A stretch of 61,509 bases of DNA from a virus (taxonomy: Duplodnaviria; Caudoviricetes): positions 1-61,509 of IMG/VR virus record IMGVR_UViG_3300025759_000004; one strand, 5' to 3'. The notes beneath the pieces are model-generated. The model searched no databases and was not told where the DNA came from. It worked only from the letters and a program-made list of their open reading frames with translations. The first letter of the stretch is position 1, and every line of letters begins with the position of its first letter. A program made the position numbers and the translations under genes. Positions 1 to 8,066 of the stretch are shown here, in pieces.

Positions 1-127
1 ACCAACGAAACTTATTAAGATCTGCAGTAGTCTTTAGATCAATAATAAGCTTTTCGTCGTGATTAACAATATCAGCTTTACCTTTCCATTTTAAACCTTC
101 AAGCTCTGTAATACCTGGTCTTTCATA
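1..127. repeat. Terminal direct repeat, copy 1 (identical to 61383-61509); circular-assembly overlap
   Basis: Exact 127-nt match between the two ends; 127 is a common assembler k-mer and the repeat lies inside a gene. Confidence 0.95.
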
Positions 128-490
128 TTCTACATTTATACCACGTATTAAATCTTTGCAAACATCGTTAGCTAAGACTTTATCAGTCATTAGATCGATT
201 TGATCAACCTCGTGTTGTAGTAGACATAATTCGCCGCCAGACATCTCTTTATACGCTTTAGTGTTTCTAGTACTAGCATCGATAATCTTATACTTTTTAA
301 GCTTATCAGGTTCTAGTATAGCCGTGTGGAAATAACCACCAACTAAAAAAGCAGAGCGAGCTTCTTGTTGCTTTCCTAAAGCTAAAGGGTTTGTAAGTAA
401 TGTAGAAATATCAGAATTACTAAGGTATTGTTTTCCAAATTCACCATAATAATGTTCATCATTTTCTAACTTTTTTAATACATCTTCCAT
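1..490 (-). CDS. RecE/exonuclease VIII-like PD-(D/E)xK exonuclease, 5' part; continues across the junction to 61147
   Basis: Manual translation from ATG at 490: MEDVLKKLENDEHYYGEFGKQYLSNSDI...FLVGGYFHTAILEP...KGKADIVN...IIDLKTT; start overlaps the ERF stop (TAATG). Confidence 0.85.
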   Translation of the reverse strand, partial: MEDVLKKLENDEHYYGEFGKQYLSNSDISTLLTNPLALGKQQEARSAFLVGGYFHTAILEPDKLKKYKIIDASTRNTKAYKEMSGGELCLLQHEVDQIDLMTDKVLANDVCKDLIRGINVEYERPGITELEGLKWKGKADIVNHDEKLIIDLKTTADLNKFRW

Positions 491-1038
491 TATAGAGTAT
501 TTAACGCACCTTCTACTTCCGCAGAAAGATTGTACTTTTGCTTAATAGCTTCTAATTTACCACCTGCTGCTATGTATTGAACCGCTTTGTCATATGCTGG
601 ATCTTTTTTTGAGGTTATGGTACTTTTAGTTTTAGCTTTTGGCGCTTTGCCGTGAGTATTTGACGCATCTGAGTCTTGCGTGTCGTCTATTAGGAATAAA
701 TTACCTAATGCATATTTCTTTCCATAGCTCGATGCCGACCCAAACTGCTGAGGTGTTTGCATACCTTTCTGATTAAGATCAACGCCAACTAACGCCGTAG
801 CGTGTATAGCATTTTCGCCATCAGAAATTGTAGCAGTCGAACAAATAATTGGTAAGCCATAGGCTTCAGTCAATTGTTCATTGATTGTTACTGATACTCC
901 TAACTCTAACAGAAAGGGTTTTGTTGCTTCGAGAATGTCTTCGGCTGATCTGAAGTAATATTTGCCGAATGAGTTAAACCTACTTTTTTTCGATTTAAAC
1001 TTTGTCTGGATCGTAGCCAGTTTTTCGTTTATGGTCAT
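490..1038 (-). CDS. erf: ERF-family ssDNA annealing protein
   Basis: N-terminal NSFGKYYFRSAEDIL and GSASSYGKKYALGNLFLIDD motifs; adjacent to the exonuclease. Confidence 0.88.
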   Translation of the reverse strand: MTINEKLATIQTKFKSKKSRFNSFGKYYFRSAEDILEATKPFLLELGVSVTINEQLTEAYGLPIICSTATISDGENAIHATALVGVDLNQKGMQTPQQFGSASSYGKKYALGNLFLIDDTQDSDASNTHGKAPKAKTKSTITSKKDPAYDKAVQYIAAGGKLEAIKQKYNLSAEVEGALNTL

Positions 1039-1101
1039 ATGGTTTATTGTTTTGGTATATTAATATAATTACACATTAGAATATTGTTTTACATATTTAA
1101 C

Positions 1102-1863
1102 TTAAAGGAAATCAATAACTTGCGAAGCGTCTACGTTTTCAATTAATTTTTCAACAGCTTGTTTTTTAAGTTCTGAAACGCGTACATAAGCACTGGTTCC
1201 TTTTATATTTAATTTATCAGCTATATAGTTGGCTGAATGCTTTTCGCAATCTAAGCCATAAGATAGTCTTAATACTTCGTATTCAATAGGTGTTAAATAT
1301 TTTTTCATTAAACCTTTTAGGTAAATATTAAGTATATGTATATTATATGGCTCTGATTTATCTGCAATTTGATAGATCATATTTTCTTCTTCATCATCAG
1401 TTTGAACAGCGTCTATACTTAAAAACATACTATTAAAAAACATTGCAACCATCTTTTTGTCTTTTGGATTTTTACGTATTTCGTTTAATTTATGTTCGGG
1501 TATACGCATGTTACCTCTAGCCATATCTATTCGTCTTCTTAAATGCCCCTTAATTCTTTTTGAAAAAAACGATTTTAATGTTTTTTCAATGTCCTCAGAT
1601 TCAATTAATTTTTCCCAATCTAATTTATCTACCGCTCTAATTAAGGCTTCAGATCCTATTTGTATTAAATCATTAATTGTTAATACGCCAGAAGCTTGTT
1701 GAGTTGTTGAAAATTTACGGGATAAGTTTTCTACAAGTGGTAAGAATTTAACTATAAGCTCATCTCGTGAGTATTCATCCCAAAACTTGCCTTCTAAATT
1801 AGATATAGAAGTCTTAAGATCTTTTTTATATCTTACGTAATTTTGTACGTTATATTTTTTCAT
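1102..1863 (-). CDS. Phage sigma70-family RNA polymerase sigma factor
   Basis: Region 2 (LPLVENLSRKF...DLIQIGSEALIRAVDK...RIKGHLRR...RIP) and region 4 (LTPIEYEVLRLSYGL...IADKLNI...VSELKKQAVEKL). Confidence 0.85.
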   Translation of the reverse strand: MKKYNVQNYVRYKKDLKTSISNLEGKFWDEYSRDELIVKFLPLVENLSRKFSTTQQASGVLTINDLIQIGSEALIRAVDKLDWEKLIESEDIEKTLKSFFSKRIKGHLRRRIDMARGNMRIPEHKLNEIRKNPKDKKMVAMFFNSMFLSIDAVQTDDEEENMIYQIADKSEPYNIHILNIYLKGLMKKYLTPIEYEVLRLSYGLDCEKHSANYIADKLNIKGTSAYVRVSELKKQAVEKLIENVDASQVIDFL

Positions 1864-2480
1864 ATTTGTTGATTAAGTAGTTCTTTTTCTTTTTTAAGTT
1901 CATTACTCATATTTCTGTATATTGTTCGTGTTGAGCATTTTAACGCATCCGCTATTCTAGCTACCGTAATTTTTATTTTATTATCATTTATTAATAACAT
2001 TGCATCATATATTTCATTTTCTGATATTTTAGATCTACCAACTAATTTGCCAACTATAGAAAGCTTTTGTCGCATATCTAATCCAGTGTTGTCTTTAAAT
2101 ATAACTTTACGCAACTTATTAGGTGGCGGTTTTTCGAGATCCATTAAAGATACATCGTAAACCATGCTTTGCAATAATTGTTCTGAAACCTTAAATGTTA
2201 CAAATCCATTTTGCTTATTACAAATATATCTAGCAAGCCCATTAAAGCCTTCTTGATCTAATTGCGGGTTAAGATACCATAATACATATAAATGCCATTT
2301 AAGACTTTTATACGTGTTTATTTTGGCGCGTGAAGCAAATAGTGTATAGCACTGATGTGTGCCGTTTTCGTAGTACCAACCCCATTTAAATTTTTCCGTT
2401 GGCTTATCCGTAATAGGATTACGTCTATATATTATACGGTGTATATTTAGGTATTTGGTATTTCTTTCGTATTGTGACAT
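1860..2480 (-). CDS. DNA-binding protein with C-terminal HTH; possible replication initiator
   Basis: ITVARIADALKCSTRTIYR HTH; central segment weakly resembles PriCT-1. Confidence 0.55.
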   Translation of the reverse strand: MSQYERNTKYLNIHRIIYRRNPITDKPTEKFKWGWYYENGTHQCYTLFASRAKINTYKSLKWHLYVLWYLNPQLDQEGFNGLARYICNKQNGFVTFKVSEQLLQSMVYDVSLMDLEKPPPNKLRKVIFKDNTGLDMRQKLSIVGKLVGRSKISENEIYDAMLLINDNKIKITVARIADALKCSTRTIYRNMSNELKKEKELLNQQI

Positions 2481-2519
2481 TAGGTTGTTACTATTTAATT
2501 ATATATTAGCTATTGTCAC
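2474..2519. promoter_or_regulatory. 46-bp inverted-repeat site (putative operator or origin), copy 1
   Basis: GTGACATTAGGTTG-N18(AT-rich)-TTAGCTATTGTCAC; covers the ATG of the HTH gene. Confidence 0.55.
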
Positions 2520-2613
2520 TATGACAAAGCGTATATTATATGGTATGAAATAATTAAAAATGCATATATAGTTATTAAGTATAATAAATAAATTAAGTTT
2601 TCTTTAAACTTTT

Positions 2614-2895
2614 TCATTCAATATTATATTTGCTTTTAAGGTGTTTGATTTTATTAGAAACTATAGCGGCCTTTTCATAATCTTCATTATCTTCAAGACT
2701 TTTTAATCTTTTACTTAAGCGGCTAATTTCTTCATTAACAATATCGATAGTTGTAGTTTCTTTTACTTCAATATCTGGGTTTTCACTTTTAAATTGTTCT
2801 AAATCAGCTTTAAATTCTTGATCGTATTTATTCTGTAGCTCTACAAGTTTGCTTACTATTTTTTCGGCTAATTGATCTATTTGTTTTTCTGTCAT
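2614..2895 (-). CDS. Coiled-coil protein with UVR (UvrB/C)-like C-terminal motif
   Basis: EDNEDYEKAAIVSNKIKHL. Confidence 0.6.
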   Translation of the reverse strand: MTEKQIDQLAEKIVSKLVELQNKYDQEFKADLEQFKSENPDIEVKETTTIDIVNEEISRLSKRLKSLEDNEDYEKAAIVSNKIKHLKSKYNIE

Positions 2896-2896
2896 A

Positions 2897-3118
2897 TTAA
2901 TATAAAATTAGTTTTAATCTTCGATTGTATTTCTTTAAAAGCTTTGCTTTGTTTTCTATATTACCGTGTAAAATAGTTATATTTTTATTAAAGCTATATT
3001 CACCTTTAAAAGATGCTTTTATTATATCACCGTGTAACTCTGCTATTATTTGATGCAGAAACTTTACGTGACCCGCTTTTCTTTTTCGCTGCTTTAATTT
3101 TGTCGTTAATGTTCGCAT
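2897..3118 (-). CDS. Hypothetical protein
   Basis: Tightly packed in the minus-strand operon. Confidence 0.6.
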   Translation of the reverse strand: MRTLTTKLKQRKRKAGHVKFLHQIIAELHGDIIKASFKGEYSFNKNITILHGNIENKAKLLKKYNRRLKLILY

Positions 3119-3606
3119 AATTCGTTGATGTTATGTGGTCGTACAATTTTTTGCTCATTTTTATTTTTTACTGTGTGTTTTTCGTTTTCATAATAATTCC
3201 AGTATGCAATTAAGCTACTGTCTGCTTTGTATTCGTCTGGCATGCATTGTGGTGGCTCAACCCAATCATTACCCTGTATATGTTTAGGAGGTATTGATAA
3301 AAAATCTCTACACTTAATAATAGTAAGGTGCTGTTTGCCGTATCTTTTAGTATATTCTTTACCCAATGCAATCATATGGTCGTATAGCCACATGTACGTT
3401 AATTTAGATCTTCTAGCCCATATTGTGGACGGGTGATTTAAATGTGCTTGCCTATAAGGTACATTAGACTTTTGTTCCGCGTCTCCATAACAATGATGCG
3501 CAGTGCATAACATTTGTGCAGACTCTAATATCATTTTTACTTTATGTTTATCGTAAAAATAACTTGCTGCTTTAGCTGGATCGGGATGTAAATAAAATAT
3601 ATTCAT
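3106..3606 (-). CDS. Pyrimidine-dimer DNA glycosylase / endonuclease V-like protein
   Basis: MNIFYL...DKHKVKMILESAQMLCTAH...HLNHPSTIWAR...EYTKRYGKQH...PPQCMPDEYK. Confidence 0.75.
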   Translation of the reverse strand: MNIFYLHPDPAKAASYFYDKHKVKMILESAQMLCTAHHCYGDAEQKSNVPYRQAHLNHPSTIWARRSKLTYMWLYDHMIALGKEYTKRYGKQHLTIIKCRDFLSIPPKHIQGNDWVEPPQCMPDEYKADSSLIAYWNYYENEKHTVKNKNEQKIVRPHNINELCEH

Positions 3607-3827
3607 TAGTTTATTTTGGTAAATTTAAATTTATTAACAACAAAGTTATTAATGAATTTACCCTTAGACGAAGATTCCGTTAATCCTCGCCAATAAAAGC
3701 GCGGTACATTTAAATATCTATATAAACCTTCGTTTTTAAAGTATATAGTTAAATATTCATCTTTGTTGTTATACTCAGCAAACTCAATAGCTGAAGAGTC
3801 TACTATAATTGTTTCTACTTTGTTCAT
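3606..3827 (-). CDS. KTSC domain protein
   Basis: VDSSAI..AEY....LTIYFKNEGLYRYLNVP......L..SSSKGKFIN. Confidence 0.88.
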   Translation of the reverse strand: MNKVETIIVDSSAIEFAEYNNKDEYLTIYFKNEGLYRYLNVPRFYWRGLTESSSKGKFINNFVVNKFKFTKIN

Positions 3828-3873
3828 AATTTATCTATTTTTATTCGTGTTAAACTTATATTTTAATGGAATG

Positions 3874-4137
3874 CTAATTCTCTTTATACATTCCGTGGTA
3901 TTGTACTTCAAACTCTTCACGTATTTCACGGCCATATGCAGTATTAAAACCATAGCTATGTGTACCTCCTAAGCTCACCTGCTCAATCATAAAATGAAAG
4001 ATTTCTTTAGGGGTATATCCATATTGTTTAGCTACAATTCTGCATGCTTTAGCCATACGTTTTACATTATGACGTAATTCGCCATAGTTTTCGGTTATAT
4101 AATCTTTTATATATTTTTGCGATATTGTTTTACTCAT
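3874..4137 (-). CDS. Hypothetical protein
   Basis: Start overlaps upstream stop (TAATG). Confidence 0.65.
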   Translation of the reverse strand: MSKTISQKYIKDYITENYGELRHNVKRMAKACRIVAKQYGYTPKEIFHFMIEQVSLGGTHSYGFNTAYGREIREEFEVQYHGMYKEN

Positions 4138-4751
4138 TAGTGAAATATTAATCCTACTTTTTTATTTTTACTAAACCATTTTGTTGCCATCAAATCAATA
4201 CTAGAAGCATCCACATAACCGTTAGATACAAGATCGCTATGACTAGAAAAGATTTTGGTGTGTCTATGTTTTCTTTCATTTATTAAATGTTTTTGTTTAC
4301 CTGAATCACTAAATATAATATCGTAATTACTTGGTAATGAAGTCTTTAAGATCATATCTACCATATTGGTATAACTGTAAAACCGTACGTTCGGATTGTG
4401 TATAGCAATCTCTATCCACTTTTTTAGATACGCGGGTGAGTAGTAATCGCCGCTATCATGGACTCTGACGTAGTCAGGTTTCTTCTTACGTATTTCAACG
4501 TTCATAGCTTCAACAAAGTCGTCTGTCTTTGTTAACTGATAACGCTTTTCAAACGCAGGTTTTACGTTAGACCAGATGTAAGCTCCTTTCTTGGCATAAC
4601 AGAATTTAACACAACCGTCAGCCATAGGGCACGTCAGTTTCCCGCTAGCAGATTTGTAGGCAGGAATACCAAAGTTAAAAACCCGGAGCCCGAGTTCTTT
4701 AGATGTTTTTTTAAGTTTACTATTCTGTGTCAGAAGATTCATAGTATTCAA
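4137..4751 (-). CDS. GP88-like, radical-SAM-related Cys-motif protein
   Basis: NSKLKK...TCPMADGCVKFCYA...VRVHDSGDYYS...FYSYT. Confidence 0.7.
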   Translation of the reverse strand: MNTMNLLTQNSKLKKTSKELGLRVFNFGIPAYKSASGKLTCPMADGCVKFCYAKKGAYIWSNVKPAFEKRYQLTKTDDFVEAMNVEIRKKKPDYVRVHDSGDYYSPAYLKKWIEIAIHNPNVRFYSYTNMVDMILKTSLPSNYDIIFSDSGKQKHLINERKHRHTKIFSSHSDLVSNGYVDASSIDLMATKWFSKNKKVGLIFH

Positions 4752-4929
4752 TTATTCGTTCAAAGTCGTCTTCCATATTTACAATGTCCCGCGCATATTC
4801 TAGCACGTCTTTAAATCCAGCTAGTTCATAACTACTGAACTCATATACATCACGCTCTTCGATAGCGTAGATGCAGTCTCTCATGTCTTTTGCCGTATTT
4901 TCGAAGCGACAGTAACTCATATTTCCCAT
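4720..4929 (-). CDS. Conserved phage hypothetical protein (NMSYCRFENT family), acidic
   Basis: N-terminus MGNMSYCRFENTAKD. Confidence 0.7.
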   Translation of the reverse strand: MGNMSYCRFENTAKDMRDCIYAIEERDVYEFSSYELAGFKDVLEYARDIVNMEDDFERIIEYYESSDTE

Positions 4930-4933
4930 AATT

Positions 4934-5200
4934 TTAATCTAATAATACCATATAGGCGGTTGGATTGTTTACTCTGAACCAAGTTAAAGCTCGGTCAAAG
5001 TCTTTAATTTGTTTTGGTGTTATAGTTTTTGGTGCGATAGCCATAACATGCTGCGATCCCATTATGAAATCGTATATAGATAACTCTACATTATTCAGTT
5101 CAAAGCTTTCGCCGCTAAATGGATTGGTTACTACTTCACCTTCGTCATAGATCATACCGTTAAACCACTTAGGTATTTTTTGTTCTTTAATCTTCGTCAT
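4934..5200 (-). CDS. Hypothetical protein (likely start MTKIKEQ)
   Basis: ORF-track start shortened to avoid a long overlap with the upstream gene. Confidence 0.6.
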   Translation of the reverse strand: MTKIKEQKIPKWFNGMIYDEGEVVTNPFSGESFELNNVELSIYDFIMGSQHVMAIAPKTITPKQIKDFDRALTWFRVNNPTAYMVLLD

Positions 5201-5543
5201 TGTCTTGTACTTTAAATACTGATTCAACGTAGTCGCATATTGCTTCTTCAAGATCATCAGTGTAGTTAAATTCTAAATTACTTAGCTCTATGCGGTTGTC
5301 ATAGTTAATTTCAAAGTCGTATTCGTAATTATCTATATTGTTAAAGTCATAATTACCTACAGCTTCATAAACCTGTTGACGTATAGCATCGCGGGTTTCT
5401 TTGGTTATTACTGGTTTGCTTACGTCTTCAAGATCCTGTTTTGCTTGATTAAGTTGCTTAGTTAACTCTTGTTGATCAGTTTCAAATTGAGCTAACGCCG
5501 CTGTTAACTCTTTTACTTTTAGTTCTAGTTGTGCTTTAGTCAT
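5187..5543 (-). CDS. Acidic coiled-coil hypothetical protein
   Basis: ORF in operon. Confidence 0.65.
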   Translation of the reverse strand: MTKAQLELKVKELTAALAQFETDQQELTKQLNQAKQDLEDVSKPVITKETRDAIRQQVYEAVGNYDFNNIDNYEYDFEINYDNRIELSNLEFNYTDDLEEAICDYVESVFKVQDNDED

Positions 5544-5551
5544 AGTTTTAA

Positions 5552-5767
5552 TTATTTATATCCGTGTTTTTCTATTAATGTTAAAATAAATTGCCATACT
5601 TGCAGGTCAGATCGGGTAGATCGTACACAATTTTTAAGTACATCAAGTGATAATCTACCGTCACCACCTTTTCGTATATCTTCATTTAGTTTGCTAATGT
5701 CACGCTGTAAAGTTAGTATTTTACTAAATGATTTGTTATGTGCGCGGTGATAAATATCTTTATTCAT
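5552..5767 (-). CDS. Hypothetical protein
   Basis: ORF in operon. Confidence 0.6.
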   Translation of the reverse strand: MNKDIYHRAHNKSFSKILTLQRDISKLNEDIRKGGDGRLSLDVLKNCVRSTRSDLQVWQFILTLIEKHGYK

Positions 5768-6014
5768 AATCTTTAGAGATTAATATGTTATCGCCGTACT
5801 TAAAATCCCACACTGAAGTTTTAATAAGTTCAAGGTGTGTAAACGTGTATAGCGAACTGATATCGCTAATGGATAGGTCACTATAAAATGTAGTGCTTGA
5901 AAGCGTTTCGACTATAGAGTCAATGACGGCTTTGTACTTTTCGTTTTCAGAAGAATGTAATGCTTCTTTGATTTCAGGTTTTAGTCTTTCGTAAACTGTT
6001 AGTCTTCTACTCAT
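5760..6014 (-). CDS. Hypothetical protein
   Basis: Directly downstream of a promoter motif copy. Confidence 0.65.
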   Translation of the reverse strand: MSRRLTVYERLKPEIKEALHSSENEKYKAVIDSIVETLSSTTFYSDLSISDISSLYTFTHLELIKTSVWDFKYGDNILISKDYE

Positions 6015-6045
6015 TTTAATTTAGTTTTAATTTATTATATTATCT

Positions 6046-6249
6046 TTAGGTGTTCGTGTTAAGCTTATGTTCTAATTCTTCTATAGCAAGCTTGTAACCA
6101 AAATTCATCGCTAATTGCATTAGTAACAGATCGGCTGATCCGCCATTTGATTGTGCAAATCTTTCTAAATAATCTCGATCGTGAGGTGTTGCTACAATAC
6201 CTCTATCCAGCATTCTATACTGGTCTTTAATAAAATTCTCAATGTTCAT
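6046..6249 (-). CDS. Hypothetical protein (start MNIENF)
   Basis: The longer ORF-track start overlaps tRNA-Gln, so the ATG at 6249 was chosen. Confidence 0.6.
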   Translation of the reverse strand: MNIENFIKDQYRMLDRGIVATPHDRDYLERFAQSNGGSADLLLMQLAMNFGYKLAIEELEHKLNTNT

Positions 6250-6269
6250 AATAATTAATTTAAAATTAG

Positions 6270-6342
6270 TTGACTCATCAGGGATCGAACCTGAACTCTT
6301 CTGGACCAAAACCAGACGTGTTACCAATTACACTATGAGTCA
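6270..6342 (-). tRNA. tRNA-Gln(UUG)
   Basis: TGACTCA acceptor stem, anticodon arm TCTGG-TT-TTG-GT-CCAGA, T loop TTCGATC, U1-A72. Confidence 0.93.
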
Positions 6343-6347
6343 TTTAG

Positions 6348-6426
6348 TGGACGTGGCAGGAATCGAACCTGCGTTACCGGCTTTAGGTGACATTCCCCCC
6401 GTTTCCGGTCAAACCATTTCACGCCC
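6348..6426 (-). ncRNA. Minimal tmRNA-like tRNA-like domain (no mRNA-like domain)
   Basis: GGGCGTG/CACGTCC-A acceptor with G3.U70, stemless D loop ending GGTTTGAC, ACCGG/CCGGT helix, AAC then GCAGG-TTCGATT-CCTGC T arm. Confidence 0.7.
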
Positions 6427-6430
6427 ATAT

Positions 6431-6734
6431 TCCCTCACTTGTTTTCAACCTAAAAGGCTTGGTGCTTTGTAGCACATGTTTCCCGCGAGGGACGGCGGCA
6501 CACCGGTATGCGCGCCGGTTTTAGGTATGCTCGTATGTTTTTCGGTCGAGTTACAGCACCACACTCGTGCCCATACCTGTATATTTGAGAAGTGGATAGA
6601 ACTGGAATGTTAGAGATGCACGTCATTTACTAGTATGTACCCTGACTTATACTCTTTTCTCTGTTTATACTATCTTTCACCTTCATCGAGCCGAACCATT
6701 ATCGCCTTTAATCTGGTTTCCAGACTTCTTCTCA
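6431..6734 (-). ncRNA. Cluster of unassigned structured RNA modules
   Basis: GC-rich ORF-free region with closing stems TCCCTCGC/GTGAGGGA, ACCGG/CCGGT, AGGTATG/CATACCT and TGAGAAG/CTTCTCA. Confidence 0.55.
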
Positions 6735-6920
6735 TTTACGTCGCCACGCCCTGTGAACACTAGCAGAGACTTCTTGGCTGACGATTTGTATTGTATTACC
6801 TGTTTTATGCTCAATGATCGGGACATACGAGTATGTTTTAGTTGTTGAGCACTTCACACACGTTTTATATCCCAAATCTAAACGGATCGGGTGTACTTTA
6901 TTTCCACATCTACAATACAT
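6732..6920 (-). CDS. TraR/DksA-like C4 zinc-finger protein
   Basis: CRCGNKVHPIRLDLGYKTCVKC. Confidence 0.6.
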   Translation of the reverse strand: MYCRCGNKVHPIRLDLGYKTCVKCSTTKTYSYVPIIEHKTGNTIQIVSQEVSASVHRAWRRK

Positions 6921-6974
6921 AGTTATTTATTTTTTTTGGTTCATATATATTATCTTTAGGTAATCGTGTCAAAC

Positions 6975-7163
6975 TTATATTTTCCTAGTTTGATGGTACA
7001 TTATTTCGATCGCTCGTTGTAGGGTTTCAGCGTGTATAGCATTGTAGGTATCGCCGTCTGCTTCATACTCAGACAATTGCCAGTCTACGCTATCATACAT
7101 TAAATCTAGTGTAACGTCAGCAACACCTTGTGCTACTTCATTTATGTTTATTTCTTTAGTCAT
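6975..7163 (-). CDS. Small acidic hypothetical protein
   Basis: ORF in early region. Confidence 0.55.
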   Translation of the reverse strand: MTKEININEVAQGVADVTLDLMYDSVDWQLSEYEADGDTYNAIHAETLQRAIEIMYHQTRKI

Positions 7164-7574
7164 AGCTTAATATTTCTTGTAGTTCGCCAAATGTCATTTC
7201 ATCTATTTGTTCCTGTGTATATCCCTCAAACGCTGGGTGATTATACGCTGTTGTCCATGGATTATTCATACTCATAAATTTCTGGGTCGGTGTGCGCCAT
7301 CCACTCGATGTCATTTAACCTAAAACCACGGTCAATAATTACTTCTTCATATCCTTCGTGACTCATACCTTCTAGTACTTCTATACGAGATACGAGGCCA
7401 CTTGCAAAATCTAATATCGTTATATACATAGTGTTCAGTTTTATAAGTTATATTCTTTTCTGTAATGCGACGTGATTTGATCGACGGCTACTACAAATTC
7501 ATCTTCAGTTAGTACACCAGATTTTATTTCTTGTAATGCACAATCTAGTTCATAAAGTAAATGTACCATAATGC

Positions 7575-7784
7575 TTAGAATAATGAGTCATATACTCTTT
7601 CGTTAACAAAATCTCGGTGTTCATCGTTGAGATAGTCGATTTGTTCTTCAGTCATTTCTACCCCGTCGTAATCTGCAGATACTAAGAATGCATCTACAAA
7701 GTCTGGATAATCTGAATGGTCAATACCTTCAAATTCCATATTGTCTATTTTTCCAAAGTCTAATTTGTCTAAATTGAATTTCAT
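7575..7784 (-). CDS. Small acidic conserved phage protein
   Basis: GIDHSDYPDFVDAFLVSADYDG.EMTEEQ motif. Confidence 0.65.
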   Translation of the reverse strand: MKFNLDKLDFGKIDNMEFEGIDHSDYPDFVDAFLVSADYDGVEMTEEQIDYLNDEHRDFVNERVYDSLF

Positions 7785-7803
7785 AATATTTAAGTTTTAA
7801 TAG

Positions 7804-8064
7804 TTAATCGCCTGTCCAGTTGTTATGGTTATTAGCATAGAATGAAGCCGCACCGGAATTGGTTAGTTTTCTTCGGTATTCATATTCAACTCTGTTATCT
7901 AATAACTCATCAATCTTATCTTTCATTTCTTGTTCAGTATCTGCTGGAAAAGAAATAAGGTGATAAGGGTAAAAGTTAAAATACTTACAGGTGTAAGCCG
8001 AGCATTCTTGACCGTTGTACGCGGTCCACTCGTGGTATTCGTATGGTATATTTCTGTGTTGCAT
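7804..8064 (-). CDS. Hypothetical protein
   Basis: ORF in early region; start at MQHRN chosen. Confidence 0.55.
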   Translation of the reverse strand: MQHRNIPYEYHEWTAYNGQECSAYTCKYFNFYPYHLISFPADTEQEMKDKIDELLDNRVEYEYRRKLTNSGAASFYANNHNNWTGD

Positions 8065-8066
8065 AG

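Noticed and set aside
1-127. Biological direct terminal repeat
   Set aside because: The length equals a typical assembly k-mer and the repeat interrupts the exonuclease gene, so it is better explained as a circularisation overlap
6242-6472. 76-aa plus-strand ORF and the N-terminal extension of ORF 6046-6327
   Set aside because: They overlap tRNA-Gln and the tmRNA-like element
6470-6505. HDV-like/theta ribozyme (CCG-TCCCTCG-CGG resembles P3/L3) near tRNA
   Set aside because: No adequate P1, P1.1 or P2 pairing could be built, and TCCCTCGC pairs better with GTGAGGGA
6430-6580. SsrA tag reading frame for a permuted two-piece tmRNA
   Set aside because: No frame ending in an ALAA-like tag was found, and the TLD halves are in standard, not permuted, order
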